Shown here: piece by piece, positions 7,532 to 19,247 of the stretch | Numbering within the stretch: position 1 is the first letter of the stretch | How the letters are laid out: each line of letters starts with the position of its first letter | Origin: Myxococcales bacterium | Lineage (GTDB): Bacteria > Myxococcota_A > Polyangia > Polyangiales > Houyiibacteriaceae | DNA length: 25,214 bases | Reading direction: 5' to 3' | Assembly (NCBI GenBank): GCA_030622585.1 | Contig: JAUXFZ010000001.1 | Coordinates: 1-25,214 of the forward strand | Notes under the pieces: model-generated | What the model saw: the letters and a program-made list of their open reading frames with translations, nothing else | What the model was told of the DNA's origin: nothing | Database searches by the model: none | Program-made: the position numbers and the translations under genes

Positions 7532-9061
7532 ATGTTTCGGGCAATTGCCAAGAGTCGCTATCTGGTTCCGGGTTTCTTGTGCTTCGCACTCGCGTTTGTG
7601 GTGGGGCCCGTCGGGGTTGCCGCGGGCGTGTTGGCCGGTACACAAGGAGCTTCCGTCGCGGGTGTCGCTGCCGCCGTCCTCGGCGTGCTGGGTCTGCTGA
7701 TCATCGCGTCGGGTTTGCCCGTGTCGATCGAGATCGAGGAAGTCGATGCCCAAATTCGATCGATCCACGGGGAGATCGAACAGGCGGAAGAGTTCATGGG
7801 CGAGAACCTGAAGGCGCTTTCGAGCGGTCTCGGAGAGCAGATGGTGGCTGTCGAAGAAACAGCCCGCGCCCTGAAATCGATGGCGATCTCGCTGCAGGCG
7901 ATCAGCGATCGCGTCGAGGCCCTTTCGTCCAGCACCGAAGAGAGCGCGTCGAGCATCCTGCAAATGACGGCGACGAATCACGAGGTCGCGGACAACATGG
8001 GCAACCTCGGGTCGAGCGTTCGTGAGACCGCATCGTCGATTGAGGAGATGACTTACAGCATCAAGGAGGTCGCGCGGAACGTCGATGGCTTAGCCCTGAC
8101 CGCGGAAGAGACATCGTCTTCGATGAATGAGATGGACGTCTCGATCGGTCAGGTTCAGTCGAATGCCAACGAAACTGCGCGCCTCTCGGAGGAAGTGGCC
8201 AACGACGCGGAAACAGGCGCAGAATCGATCCAGAAGATCACCGACGAGATCAACCGCATCAAGTCGTCGTCGCTGCAGGCGGTGAGCACGATCTCCAACC
8301 TGGGCGACCGCATCGAGGCGATCGGCGATATCCTCAACGTCATCGACGACGTGGCGGAGCAAACCAACCTGCTCGCGCTGAATGCGGCGATCATCGCTGC
8401 GCAGGCCGGCGAGCACGGAAAGGGTTTCGCGGTCGTCGCCGACGAGATCAAGGACCTCGCCGAACGCGCTGGGGCCTCGACCAAAGAGATCGCCGAGCTG
8501 ATCAAGACGATTCAGGCAGAGACGAAGAACGCGATCGAAGCGGTCGAGCGCGGCGCCAGTACGGTCGATCGCGGCGTGACCGTGAGTGCAGAAGCCGAGA
8601 CCGCACTCAAAAAGATCCTCGAGTCGTCCCGGCAGTCGACCGCGATGGTGCGTGGCATCGCGCGGGCTACCGTCGAGCAGGCGAAGGGCTCGAAGCAGGT
8701 GACCGATGCGATTGGACGCATCGCGGAAACGGTTCAGCAGATCGCCGCGGCGACCGCTGAACAGGCGCGCGGGTCGGAGCTGATCATGAGGAGCGCGGAC
8801 AACATGCGTTTGATCACCCAGCAGATGGAGCGCGCCAGCCAGGAGCAGGCCGAGGGCGGACGTCAGATAACCGGGGCCATCGAGCATATTTCCGACATGG
8901 TTCTGGAACTACACGAGTCCCACCGGAAGCATTCGGAGAGCGCGGACCAGACGCTGGCGGCGGCGAACCGAATTCAGGAGCTGACGCGCGAGTACGAGAG
9001 GCGAGTCCGCGCCATGAACCAGGGGCTCGAGCGGCTTCGTCAGATTCGCTTCGCGTCGTGA
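7532..9061 (+). CDS. Methyl-accepting chemotaxis protein: two TM helices, no periplasmic sensor, very long signalling domain
   Basis: Hairpin tip [37 protein letters not shown]. Two hydrophobic segments joined by a few residues at the N-terminus. 28-residue repeats on both arms. Confidence 0.93.
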   Translation: MFRAIAKSRYLVPGFLCFALAFVVGPVGVAAGVLAGTQGASVAGVAAAVLGVLGLLIIASGLPVSIEIEEVDAQIRSIHGEIEQAEEFMGENLKALSSGLGEQMVAVEETARALKSMAISLQAISDRVEALSSSTEESASSILQMTATNHEVADNMGNLGSSVRETASSIEEMTYSIKEVARNVDGLALTAEETSSSMNEMDVSIGQVQSNANETARLSEEVANDAETGAESIQKITDEINRIKSSSLQAVSTISNLGDRIEAIGDILNVIDDVAEQTNLLALNAAIIAAQAGEHGKGFAVVADEIKDLAERAGASTKEIAELIKTIQAETKNAIEAVERGASTVDRGVTVSAEAETALKKILESSRQSTAMVRGIARATVEQAKGSKQVTDAIGRIAETVQQIAAATAEQARGSELIMRSADNMRLITQQMERASQEQAEGGRQITGAIEHISDMVLELHESHRKHSESADQTLAAANRIQELTREYERRVRAMNQGLERLRQIRFAS

Positions 9062-9152
9062 CTCGCATCAATACAGTGCGGTTGTTCCCGGAAACGACCA
9101 GCCGGCGCCTCCGGTTGCCTTTCGGGGGTGCAACGATTCATCTTTGGGGCTC

Positions 9153-9509
9153 ATGTTTGGCATTGGCCCAACCGAGTTAGCTTTCTTTCTGGTGATCGTC
9201 CTTCTGGCGGTGGGCCCGGACAAGCTGCCCACCTTCATGCGGACGGTCGGCAAGGGAGTTCGCCAAGTTCGCAACGCGAGCCGCGAGTTCAAAGATGCGA
9301 TTGGGCTCGACGATCTCATGCGTGAGGGGGATCCGTTTCGTGCTCCCCCGATCCGTCCCCCAAGAGCGAAGCCCGTTCCGGTGCCGGACGAGTCACCGCC
9401 GCCACCGAGTGCCGAGGGGGTAGCGAGCGAGGCTGCGCCGACACCCGCAACTGGTGATCCCGAGCCTCCGACCGATGCGGATGTGCCGACCGAGGCGAAA
9501 CGTCCATGA
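9153..9509 (+). CDS. tatB: Twin-arginine translocase TatA/TatB-family subunit (TatB-like)
   Basis: MFGIGPTEL...LLAVGPDKLPTFMRTVGKGVRQVR (TM + GP hinge + amphipathic helix); overlaps tatC by ATGA. Confidence 0.88.
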   Translation: MFGIGPTELAFFLVIVLLAVGPDKLPTFMRTVGKGVRQVRNASREFKDAIGLDDLMREGDPFRAPPIRPPRAKPVPVPDESPPPPSAEGVASEAAPTPATGDPEPPTDADVPTEAKRP

Positions 9510-10306
9510 CGTCCGAGCAGATCCAAATCCCGGAGCCTCAACTGCCACCGATCCCGGATCATGATGAGGAGATGACGTTCTTCCAGCACGTCGGCGAGCT
9601 CCGTTCGCGCCTGTTGCGCTCGCTCCTCGGGTTGATTCCTGCCGTCGCGGTCGGCTGGTTCTTCAAAAAGGAGATCAAGGACTTCTTGGTTGCGCCGCTT
9701 CAGCCAGCTTGGGACAAGCTCGAGCTGCCCGGGCACGCGGTGTTGCGATTCTCGGGGCCGGCGGACGCGTTCATGATGTACATGAAGAACTCCCTCGTCG
9801 TGGGCGTGCTCCTCGCATCCCCGTGGATCTTCTGGCAACTGTGGATGTTCATCGCACCCGGGCTGTACAAGAAAGAGAAGGCGCTCGCCATTCCGTTCAT
9901 CGTCGCGTCGACCGTGTGCTTCGCCGGTGGAGCGGTCTTTGGGTACAAGCTCGTGTTCCCCGAGGCGTTCACCGTCTTGCTCGGTTTCAGCGACGAGACC
10001 TTGGTCGCGACGCTCTTCGTCAAAGACTATATGCCGTTCTTCCGCCGGATGTTGTTGGCGTTTGGCATTGTCTTCGAGGTTCCTGTCATCGTAACTTTTC
10101 TCGCCGGCGCGGGCATGGTGACTTGGCAGCAGCTGCTGAAGTTCTCGCGCTGGTGGATCGTGTGCGCGGCATTCATCTCGATGCTGCTCACGCCGCAGGA
10201 CGTCTACACGATGGTGATGATGCTCGTGCCGCTGGTGCTGCTTTACTTCGTTGGTGTTGGCTGCGCCTATCTGCTCAGCCTGTTCCAGAAGAAGCCTGCT
10301 CCCTAG
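9506..10306 (+). CDS. tatC: Twin-arginine translocase subunit TatC
   Basis: EMTFFQHVGELRSRL, FIAPGLYKKEK, FGIVFEVP and LLTPQDVYTM motifs; six TM helices. Confidence 0.96.
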   Translation: MTSEQIQIPEPQLPPIPDHDEEMTFFQHVGELRSRLLRSLLGLIPAVAVGWFFKKEIKDFLVAPLQPAWDKLELPGHAVLRFSGPADAFMMYMKNSLVVGVLLASPWIFWQLWMFIAPGLYKKEKALAIPFIVASTVCFAGGAVFGYKLVFPEAFTVLLGFSDETLVATLFVKDYMPFFRRMLLAFGIVFEVPVIVTFLAGAGMVTWQQLLKFSRWWIVCAAFISMLLTPQDVYTMVMMLVPLVLLYFVGVGCAYLLSLFQKKPAP

Positions 10307-10329
10307 CTCAGATCGAGCGCGAAACCGGC

Positions 10330-11172
10330 CTAACCCCGCCGCGGGACCGGGTAGGGCGGGGACTTGGGCACGTCGTCGGGGATGAACCAGTTCTCGCCCC
10401 AGACGCTGGCTCCCCCGTCGATGTAGAACGTCTGGCCCGCTACGAAATCAGCGTACCGCGAAGCGAGGTACGTAATTAGATGAGATACTTCTTCCGCGGT
10501 GCCAAGCCGGCGCAGGGGGTTGGCCTTCTCCGCGTTGTCGAGGAGCTCCGGCGGGTATTGCTTCGTTCCGCTAGTGACGATCACACCGGGCGCCACTGCG
10601 TTGACCCGGATGCCGTGGATGGCCCATTCCACCGCGAGTGTTTTGGTCATGTTGTCCACGCCTGCGCGAGCGGCACCCGTGTGTACCATGCCGGGGAACC
10701 CGCGGTTGATCTGCGCGATCACACTGACGATTCGCCCCCGCTTCTGTGGGATCATGGCCTTCGTGGCGACTGCGTGCGTGATGCTCCAGGTGCCGATGAG
10801 GTTGTTGCGAATGACGGCCGCGAAGCCTTTGGGCGAGAGAGCCTCTGCGGTCGTCGGAAACTGTCCGCCCGCGTTGTTGATCAGTACGTCGATGCGGCCA
10901 AAGCGTTCGAGGACCGAGTCTACGTAGGACGCGATCGCATCGGGCTCTCGGATATCGCACGGGGCACCGAACGCCTCGATGCCCTTGGAGGCGAGGTCGG
11001 CTACAGCGCTGTTCAACGGTTCGGGGCGCCGTCCGCAAATCGCGATTTTGGCTCCCAGGAGGCCCATTTCCGTCGCCGCGACGAGGCCGATGCCCGTCCC
11101 GCCGCCCGTGATCAAGACAACCTCGTCGGAGAACAACCCATCGGCGTACAGCTGATCCATGCCGCCGCTCAT
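10330..11172 (-). CDS. Atypical SDR, trans-2-enoyl-CoA reductase / 2,4-dienoyl-CoA reductase-like
   Basis: TGGGTGIG, NNAGGQF and GFPGMVHTGAARAGVDNMTKTLAVEWA; canonical YxxxK is absent, as in the PECR/DECR subgroup. Alternative start at 11160. Confidence 0.85.
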   Translation of the reverse strand: MSGGMDQLYADGLFSDEVVLITGGGTGIGLVAATEMGLLGAKIAICGRRPEPLNSAVADLASKGIEAFGAPCDIREPDAIASYVDSVLERFGRIDVLINNAGGQFPTTAEALSPKGFAAVIRNNLIGTWSITHAVATKAMIPQKRGRIVSVIAQINRGFPGMVHTGAARAGVDNMTKTLAVEWAIHGIRVNAVAPGVIVTSGTKQYPPELLDNAEKANPLRRLGTAEEVSHLITYLASRYADFVAGQTFYIDGGASVWGENWFIPDDVPKSPPYPVPRRG

Positions 11173-11204
11173 ACCACGCCGGGTCAGGCGGGACGATTGG
11201 ATTG

Positions 11205-11594
11205 TCAGCCGGCCGCAACCGTCTCGCGGTCTTCGATCAGGCTAGCGACGAGCTCTCGCAAGTCCTCGGTCGAAAACGGCTTCGGGAGCGTGGCTTCGAC
11301 GCTGAGGCGGCGCGCGATTTCGTTTCGCGCGGTGCTGGCGCTCAGGAGTATCACGGGCACGTCGGTATGCCTCCATCGGCGGCGGAACTCCCGAAGGAAC
11401 ATTTCACCGTCTTCGACTGGGAGCATCAGATCGACGACCATCAAGTCCGGGAGTTGTACCGCGCACTGAGCCAGCGCCGAGCGCACATCGCCTGCTGCGA
11501 CGACCGCATGCCCGCCCTGCTCGAGCATGACGCGGAGCATCTGGCGCACCGAGGGATCGTCGTCGAGAACGAGAACGGTTTTCTTCGCGGGCAC
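11205..11594 (-). CDS. Single-domain response regulator (CheY-like)
   Basis: VLVLDDD acidic pocket, phospho-Asp in MVVDLMLP, Ser in LLSAS, KPF motif; GTG start. Confidence 0.92.
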   Translation of the reverse strand: MPAKKTVLVLDDDPSVRQMLRVMLEQGGHAVVAAGDVRSALAQCAVQLPDLMVVDLMLPVEDGEMFLREFRRRWRHTDVPVILLSASTARNEIARRLSVEATLPKPFSTEDLRELVASLIEDRETVAAG

Positions 11595-11600
11595 CCCTGC

Positions 11601-11629
11601 ATCCTAACAGGAGACTTGCTCATCGTGAA
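11601..11629 (-). promoter_or_regulatory. Extended -10 promoter for a probable leaderless transcript of the response regulator
   Basis: Minus strand TTCACG(11629-11624)-N17-TAGGAT(11606-11601) with TGn immediately before the -10, then N6-GTG(11594). Confidence 0.55.
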
Positions 11630-11655
11630 TATACGCTCACTGCCTACATCGGAGC

Positions 11656-11664
11656 TGCTACGCT
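11656..11664 (+). promoter_or_regulatory. Extended -10 element, probable leaderless start of the lipoprotein gene
   Basis: TGc-TACGCT(11659-11664)-N8-ATG(11673); no SD. Confidence 0.45.
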
Positions 11665-11672
11665 CACCTCGT

Positions 11673-12269
11673 ATGACCTCCGGTTCCCGGGCTGCCGTGT
11701 CGGCGCTTCTCCTTCTGTGTGGTGTAGGGGCGTGCGCGGGCCAAAGTCCGGTGCCGTCATCGCGTGCAACGATCACGCCGAGCGATCTCTACCCGTTACA
11801 GACGGGCAATGCGTGGTCCTACGATGTCGACACCGGTGATGAGTCGACGACCCTCGGGATCGCCCGCGTCGAAGCGTTCGACGGACGGATCGCAGAGGTG
11901 CACACAGGACGCACGGTCGTGCGCTACGAGGTGCTGCCCGAGGGCATTCGTGTGCCGCCCGGCGATGCATGGTTGATTCGCGCCCCCCTAGTCGAAGGCG
12001 CGACGTGGGCTGGCCGAGGCGGACGAACCGCACGTTTGGCTTCGATCGATATGACCGTCGAGACCCCCGCCGGCACCTTCGATGGATGCGTGGAGGTCGT
12101 CGAGATGGGCGGTAAGCTCGAGCTCGAGGTGCGAACGGTGTACTGTCCGCAAGTCGGTCCCGTGCGCGTTAGCTCGACGATGCACTCGAACGTGAGCGAT
12201 CGTGTAGCAACGGTCTCCGCGCAGCTTCGCGGCTACGAGGTCAATCCTGTCCAGCCCCCGGAGCGCTAG
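11673..12269 (+). CDS. Putative beta-rich lipoprotein (DUF3108-like motifs)
   Basis: Signal peptide ending VGAC; motifs LYPLQTGNAWSYDV and VETPAGTFDGCVEV are typical of exported beta-sheet proteins. The upstream ORF extension overlaps the response regulator and is not credited. Confidence 0.7.
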   Translation: MTSGSRAAVSALLLLCGVGACAGQSPVPSSRATITPSDLYPLQTGNAWSYDVDTGDESTTLGIARVEAFDGRIAEVHTGRTVVRYEVLPEGIRVPPGDAWLIRAPLVEGATWAGRGGRTARLASIDMTVETPAGTFDGCVEVVEMGGKLELEVRTVYCPQVGPVRVSSTMHSNVSDRVATVSAQLRGYEVNPVQPPER

Positions 12270-12666
12270 GCGTTACCTGAACCTCGACGAAGTGCGTACG
12301 GAGCTCGACCACCAGCGACAGCGACCCTTCGGCAAGGAACACCTGTCGCCAACTTCGGCCGTTCGGATCCGTCACTTCGAGGGCGTGTCGCGTCCCGGAC
12401 GCTACGCCGAACAGGGTGTTGTCGATCTGCCTGCCGTCGAGGGAGACTTCTGCCCCCTTCGGCACGCCGAGCAGCTCGACCGTCGACATCGTGATCTCCG
12501 GCGCCGGCGTCCCGGCGCGCCCTGCTGTCGGGCCACGCTCGGCCAACGCCCAAGCGATGGCCACCAGCACCGCGAGCACGGAGAACGCCATCATCCAACG
12601 GCTGTCCAACACGCGCCCCACGCCGTGTAGAGGCTGCCCGTCGTTCTCTCTTGGTGGATGCGCCAT
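12241..12666 (-). CDS. Single-TM protein with a PEGA-like domain
   Basis: Start MAHPP (12666) preceded by SD GGGGAG; TM WMMAFSVLAVLVAIAWALA; PEGA-like STVELLGVPKGAEVSLDG...HALEV. Overlaps the convergent lipoprotein gene by 29 bp. Confidence 0.6.
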   Translation of the reverse strand: MAHPPRENDGQPLHGVGRVLDSRWMMAFSVLAVLVAIAWALAERGPTAGRAGTPAPEITMSTVELLGVPKGAEVSLDGRQIDNTLFGVASGTRHALEVTDPNGRSWRQVFLAEGSLSLVVELRTHFVEVQVTPSAPGAGQD

Positions 12667-12763
12667 CAGTGCTCCCCATCGCCACGGTTTCAAAACGTAC
12701 GCGATCGCGTTGCCATTGTAGGATGCTCGCGCATGTTCCGTCACCTTCCGGGGTGGTTTCTCG

Positions 12764-13687
12764 ATGACGACTGCAATTCTCGAAGCACGCGGCCTCACCA
12801 AGAGTTACGCGGACAAGATCGTCGTGGATCGTCTCGACCTTTCCTGTCGACGGGGCACGGTGCTCGGGCTCCTCGGACCCAATGGGGCGGGCAAGACGAC
12901 GACGCTACGGATGCTCTACGGGTTCGTTCCGCCCGATGCTGGGTCGATTCACTACGCGGGGAAGCGCTTTGACGAGGACCGCACGGAGGCCAAGCGCTCG
13001 ATAGGGGTGTGCACTCAGGGAGACTCGCTCGATTACGATTTCACGGTCGCGCAGAACCTCCTGATCTATGCGAGCTACTTCCGCCCGAGAGTCGAGAACC
13101 TCGAGGGCCGCGTCGCCGAGCTCCTCGATCGGTTCGACCTCGCCGAGTACGCCGATGCCTCGCCCCATGTCCTCTCGGGTGGCTTCGTGCGGCGCTTGTT
13201 GATCGCGCGTTCGATCGTGCATCGACCGAGTGTCCTGTTCCTCGACGAACCCACGACAGGCCTCGATCCGAGCGCGCGCCTCGACGTGTGGGAGCTCATC
13301 GACAGCATGCGCGCGGAAGGCTTGGCAATCGTGCTGACGACGCACTACATGGACGAGGCGGAACGACTCAGTGACGAGCTACTCGTGATTCACGAAGGGC
13401 GAAAAGTGGCGCAGGGTGAGCCTCATCGTGTCATCGATACGGTGCTCGGTGACCACGTCATCATCGTTCCCCGCGGTGAGCCGGCGCGTGAAGAGATTGC
13501 GGCGTGGCTTCAGGCCCGGGGTGCCGAGCAAGTCGCCACGGTTCTAGGCGAGCTTCGGGTTCCGGTGACCAAGCAGGACCTAGTCGAGCTCACGGCCCGT
13601 TTCACGGAGGCGACCTGGCAGGTGCGTCCGCCCAATCTAGACGACCTGTTCATTGCGCTCGCGCGGCGCAAGGGGAGGTTTCGGTGA
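12764..13687 (+). CDS. ABC-2 type exporter ATP-binding subunit, NodI-like
   Basis: Walker A GPNGAGKT, signature LSGGFVRR, Walker B LFLDEPTTGLD, H-loop TTHYMDEAERL. Confidence 0.92.
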   Translation: MTTAILEARGLTKSYADKIVVDRLDLSCRRGTVLGLLGPNGAGKTTTLRMLYGFVPPDAGSIHYAGKRFDEDRTEAKRSIGVCTQGDSLDYDFTVAQNLLIYASYFRPRVENLEGRVAELLDRFDLAEYADASPHVLSGGFVRRLLIARSIVHRPSVLFLDEPTTGLDPSARLDVWELIDSMRAEGLAIVLTTHYMDEAERLSDELLVIHEGRKVAQGEPHRVIDTVLGDHVIIVPRGEPAREEIAAWLQARGAEQVATVLGELRVPVTKQDLVELTARFTEATWQVRPPNLDDLFIALARRKGRFR

Positions 13688-14502
13688 GAGGGCTGAAGAG
13701 CCTTACCGCGGTCGCCGATTGGCAGTCATGGGCCGTGTTTCGCAGGAACGCGTTGGTTTTTCTGCGGCATTGGCGCACCGCGGTGATCCCGCCGGCGATG
13801 GAACCCGTGATCTTTTTCGTTGCGTTCGGCCTCGGTTTCAGCGGCTACATCGAGACCCTCGAATACCGCGGAGTCGACATCAACTACGCGACCTACGTCG
13901 CCGCGGGCTTGGTCGCGTACACGGGTTTCGGCACACCGTATTACGAGGCGCTCTACTCCGCGTACTTCCGCATGTTCTACCAAAAGACGTGGGACGGCAT
14001 CCTCGCGACCCAGGTCGAGCTCCCGAGCGTCGTATGGGGTGAGATCCTCTGGGGCGCCGTGCGCGGCATGGTGAACATCTCAATCGTGTCAGTAGTCATT
14101 GCGGTGTTCGATCTCATCGGCCTCGTCGACGTGAAGGCGGAGTTCCTGATACTCATGCCTTTTCTTGGCTTCATCGCTGGTTGCGCGTTTGCCTCGTTTG
14201 CGTTGATCTTCACCGCGATCGTTCCGGCGATCGATCACATGAACTATCCGGTGTTCTTGATCGGTTGGCCTTTGAGCCTGGTGAGCAACACGTTCTTTCC
14301 TGTGGAGCCGCAGAGTCCTGCGCTACAGGCGCTCATGCAGATCAACCCGGTGTATCAACTTGCGGAGACTGCCCGTGGCTTTTTGGTGCTCGGCGACCCC
14401 GGTCCGCACCTGCTTGGGCTGCTCGGATCGACGACCCTTTTCCTCATTCCGTGCACCCTTTTGTCGGTCCGATTGACGCGCCGGAGGGTTCTCGGCGACT
14501 GA
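13684..14502 (+). CDS. ABC-2 type exporter permease, NodJ-like
   Basis: GTG start overlapping the ATPase stop (GTGA); YQKTWDGILAT...VWGEILWGA and SNTFFP...NPVYQ motifs; about six TM helices. Confidence 0.9.
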   Translation: MRGLKSLTAVADWQSWAVFRRNALVFLRHWRTAVIPPAMEPVIFFVAFGLGFSGYIETLEYRGVDINYATYVAAGLVAYTGFGTPYYEALYSAYFRMFYQKTWDGILATQVELPSVVWGEILWGAVRGMVNISIVSVVIAVFDLIGLVDVKAEFLILMPFLGFIAGCAFASFALIFTAIVPAIDHMNYPVFLIGWPLSLVSNTFFPVEPQSPALQALMQINPVYQLAETARGFLVLGDPGPHLLGLLGSTTLFLIPCTLLSVRLTRRRVLGD

Positions 14503-14531
14503 GCTTCGGTGGCTTAGAAATTCAACTGTTA

Positions 14532-14544
14532 GATCAAAGAGTTA
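14532..14544 (+). promoter_or_regulatory. IHF-like binding site upstream of gyrB
   Basis: GATCAA-AGAG-TTA matches WATCAA-N4-TTR except at the first base, and lies in an AT-rich patch (TTAGAAATTCAACTGTTA) unusual for this GC-rich window. Confidence 0.35.
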
Positions 14545-14545
14545 G

Positions 14546-17068
<2,523 letters not shown>

Positions 17069-17072
<4 letters not shown>

Positions 17073-19216
17073 CCGGTGCGGCTGGGGCGGCGGAGTAGGG
17101 CCTGCACCGCTTTGGCGACGCGTGGCACTTCCTCGTTGATTTGTTCGAGGAGCTGCGTTGCCGCCTCGACGTCGTTTGCGCGCTCGATGTCGCCGAGAAA
17201 GTCGCCCACTCTCGCCGCGCCGATCTGTTTGCTGGCACCCTTGATTGAGTGAGCGGTCAGCCGCACGGTTTCCATGTCTCCGTCCTCCAACGCCTGGCCG
17301 ATCTTCTTCGCGGAGTCCTCGAGCTGTTCCACATAGCTCACCATGACGTCTCGGATGAAGTCGTCATCTTCGCCGTCGAGCGACACCAGTTGGCGGACCA
17401 TGTGCAGGTCGAGCGTAGCGGGGGGTGGCAGTGTGGACACCGGCTGCATCGAGCGTGCGCCGGAAACGGGAACCCACCTCTCGAGCGCCTCCGCGAGCAT
17501 CGAGATCCGCACCGGCTTGCCAACGGTGTCGTTCATTCCGGCCTCGAGACATCGGGTTCGATCGTCTTCCGTGACGCTTGCTGTCAGGGCTATGATGGGT
17601 AGGTTCTCGTTTCTTGTAGACCGCCGGATGCGTTGCGTCGCTTGAAAGCCGTCCATCAGCGGCATGTAGCAATCCATGAACACGATGTCGTATTCATGGT
17701 CATCTGTTTTCTGGAGCGCTTCCCGGCCGTCGGTCGCGATGTCGACATCACAGGACAACTTCTTCAAGAGCGCTTCGGTCACCATTCGGCTCGTCGGGTT
17801 ATCCTCCGCGATCAGCACGCGCACGCCTTCCCGAATCAGCAGATCACCCGTGCCGGTCGAGTCAGCGACGCGCAGAGTGTCTTCGGGCCCTGGGTCGAGG
17901 TCGATCTCCACCTGGAAGGTCGTCCCCTCGTTGAGCTTGCTCGTCACTTGGAGCGTTCCCTCCATCAGTTCGACGAGTTGCTTGGTGATCGCCAGCCCCA
18001 AACCGCTTCCGCCAGCGCCTCGAGGCGAGCTTGCGTTGCCCCGATGGTAGCGCGTGAAGATACCGTCGAGCGATTCCTCGGGAATACCAATGCCCGTGTC
18101 TCGAACGCACAGCCGAATACGAGTCGCGTCGGACTGCGCGACGAGCTCCGCGCTGACGACAACGAACCCCGAGTCGGTGAACTTGACCGCGTTGTTCACT
18201 AAGTTGAGGAGGATCTGCCGAATGCGGCCGCCGTCCCCGATGAACCGTCGCTTCGTGAATCCCTTCATCTCCGACTCGAGCTGAAGCCCCTTGGCGGCGG
18301 CGCGCGGCTGCATGAGGGCCGCCACACCGTCGATGAGCGCGCCCATGTCGAACGGAACGCGCTCGAGCACCACCTGACCCTTCTGCAACTGTGAGAAGTC
18401 GAGGATCTCGTCGACTATACCGATGAGGGCGTCCGCCGACTCGCGGATCGCCGTGATCATCTTCTCTTGTTTGCCGTCGAGCTGCGTGTCGAGCAGGAGG
18501 GCACTCAGCCCGAGGACCCCGTTCATCGGCGTCCGGACTTCGTGGCTCATGTTGGCCAAGAATTCTGTCTTCGCTCGAGATGCCCGTTCGGCGGCGAGCC
18601 GCAGCTCTTCCATTCGAACGAGAGTGCGGCGGCGGGCGTAGTTCATGCCGAGCGTGACGGCAGAGAAGCCGAGCAGGTAACCGGCGCTCTGCCCCCAGTG
18701 GACGCCCTCGACCCCAAGCGATGTGATGGCCCAGCCGAGGTCCCCGAGGATCATGATCGCGATGACCCATCTCCGACTGTGAACTAGCGCCCCTGCGGCG
18801 AGCTGGATCAGGACATAGAGGTAGAAGGCGGATGGATCGGCGCTGAGCGCGTAGCCCAGCGTGAAGGTGGCTGTAACGACGACGAAGACGCCGCCGGCGA
18901 TATGCACCGACCAGGCGAGCGGAGGCGGTTGCTGATATGCGCGCCACCCGAGCGCGAGCATCGCAGCGCCGGTGAGCCCATACATGGTCATCAACTTGAG
19001 CCCGGTCTGATCGAGGTCGGCGGACCACTGCCCTGCGGATAGCCCGAGGTACGCGATGCCGCCGCAGATCACCATCGTGACCAGGTGCCGCCCGGTGATG
19101 GTGTTCATGACCCCCCGGCGCTCGCTTGAGGTCAGGGGTACGAGGGCGGCGAGCGCCTCGACCGAGGGAGCCGATTCCGGCTCCCAGTTCTCCTCTTCCT
19201 TCCAGCGCGCCCCCAC
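17069..19216 (-). CDS. Unorthodox hybrid sensor histidine kinase (multi-TM input, HisKA, HATPase, REC, Hpt)
   Basis: H-box EFLANMSHEVRTPMNGV, N-box QILLNLVNNAVKFT, DTGIGI, GGSGLGLAI; REC VLIAEDN...FMDCYMP...KPV; Hpt AHSIKGASKQIGA. Start GTG 19216 is favoured by the -10 box; alternative ATG 19108. Confidence 0.92.
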
Positions 19217-19222
19217 AGAATC

Positions 19223-19228
19223 AGTGTA
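19223..19228 (-). promoter_or_regulatory. -10 element for a probable leaderless transcript of the hybrid kinase
   Basis: Minus strand TACACT(19228-19223)-N6-GTG(19216); weak -35 GTGAAT at 17-nt spacing. Confidence 0.5.
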
Positions 19229-19247
19229 TCGGCCCGTGGCGCGCGAT

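Noticed and set aside
9153-10306. tatB-tatC without an adjacent tatA
   Set aside because: Separate tatA loci or a single TatA/B subunit are common; not unusual.
7049-11469. Long alternative-frame ORFs (7049-7981, 8090-8887, 9068-9838, 10480-11469)
   Set aside because: They overlap well-supported SCP2, MCP, tat, SDR and regulator genes and have Arg/Ala-rich shadow composition.
11632-11667. Direct repeat TACGCTCAC x2, 27 bp apart
   Set aside because: One copy is explained as a -10 box, and a 9-mer repeat in one of many intergenic regions is within chance expectation.
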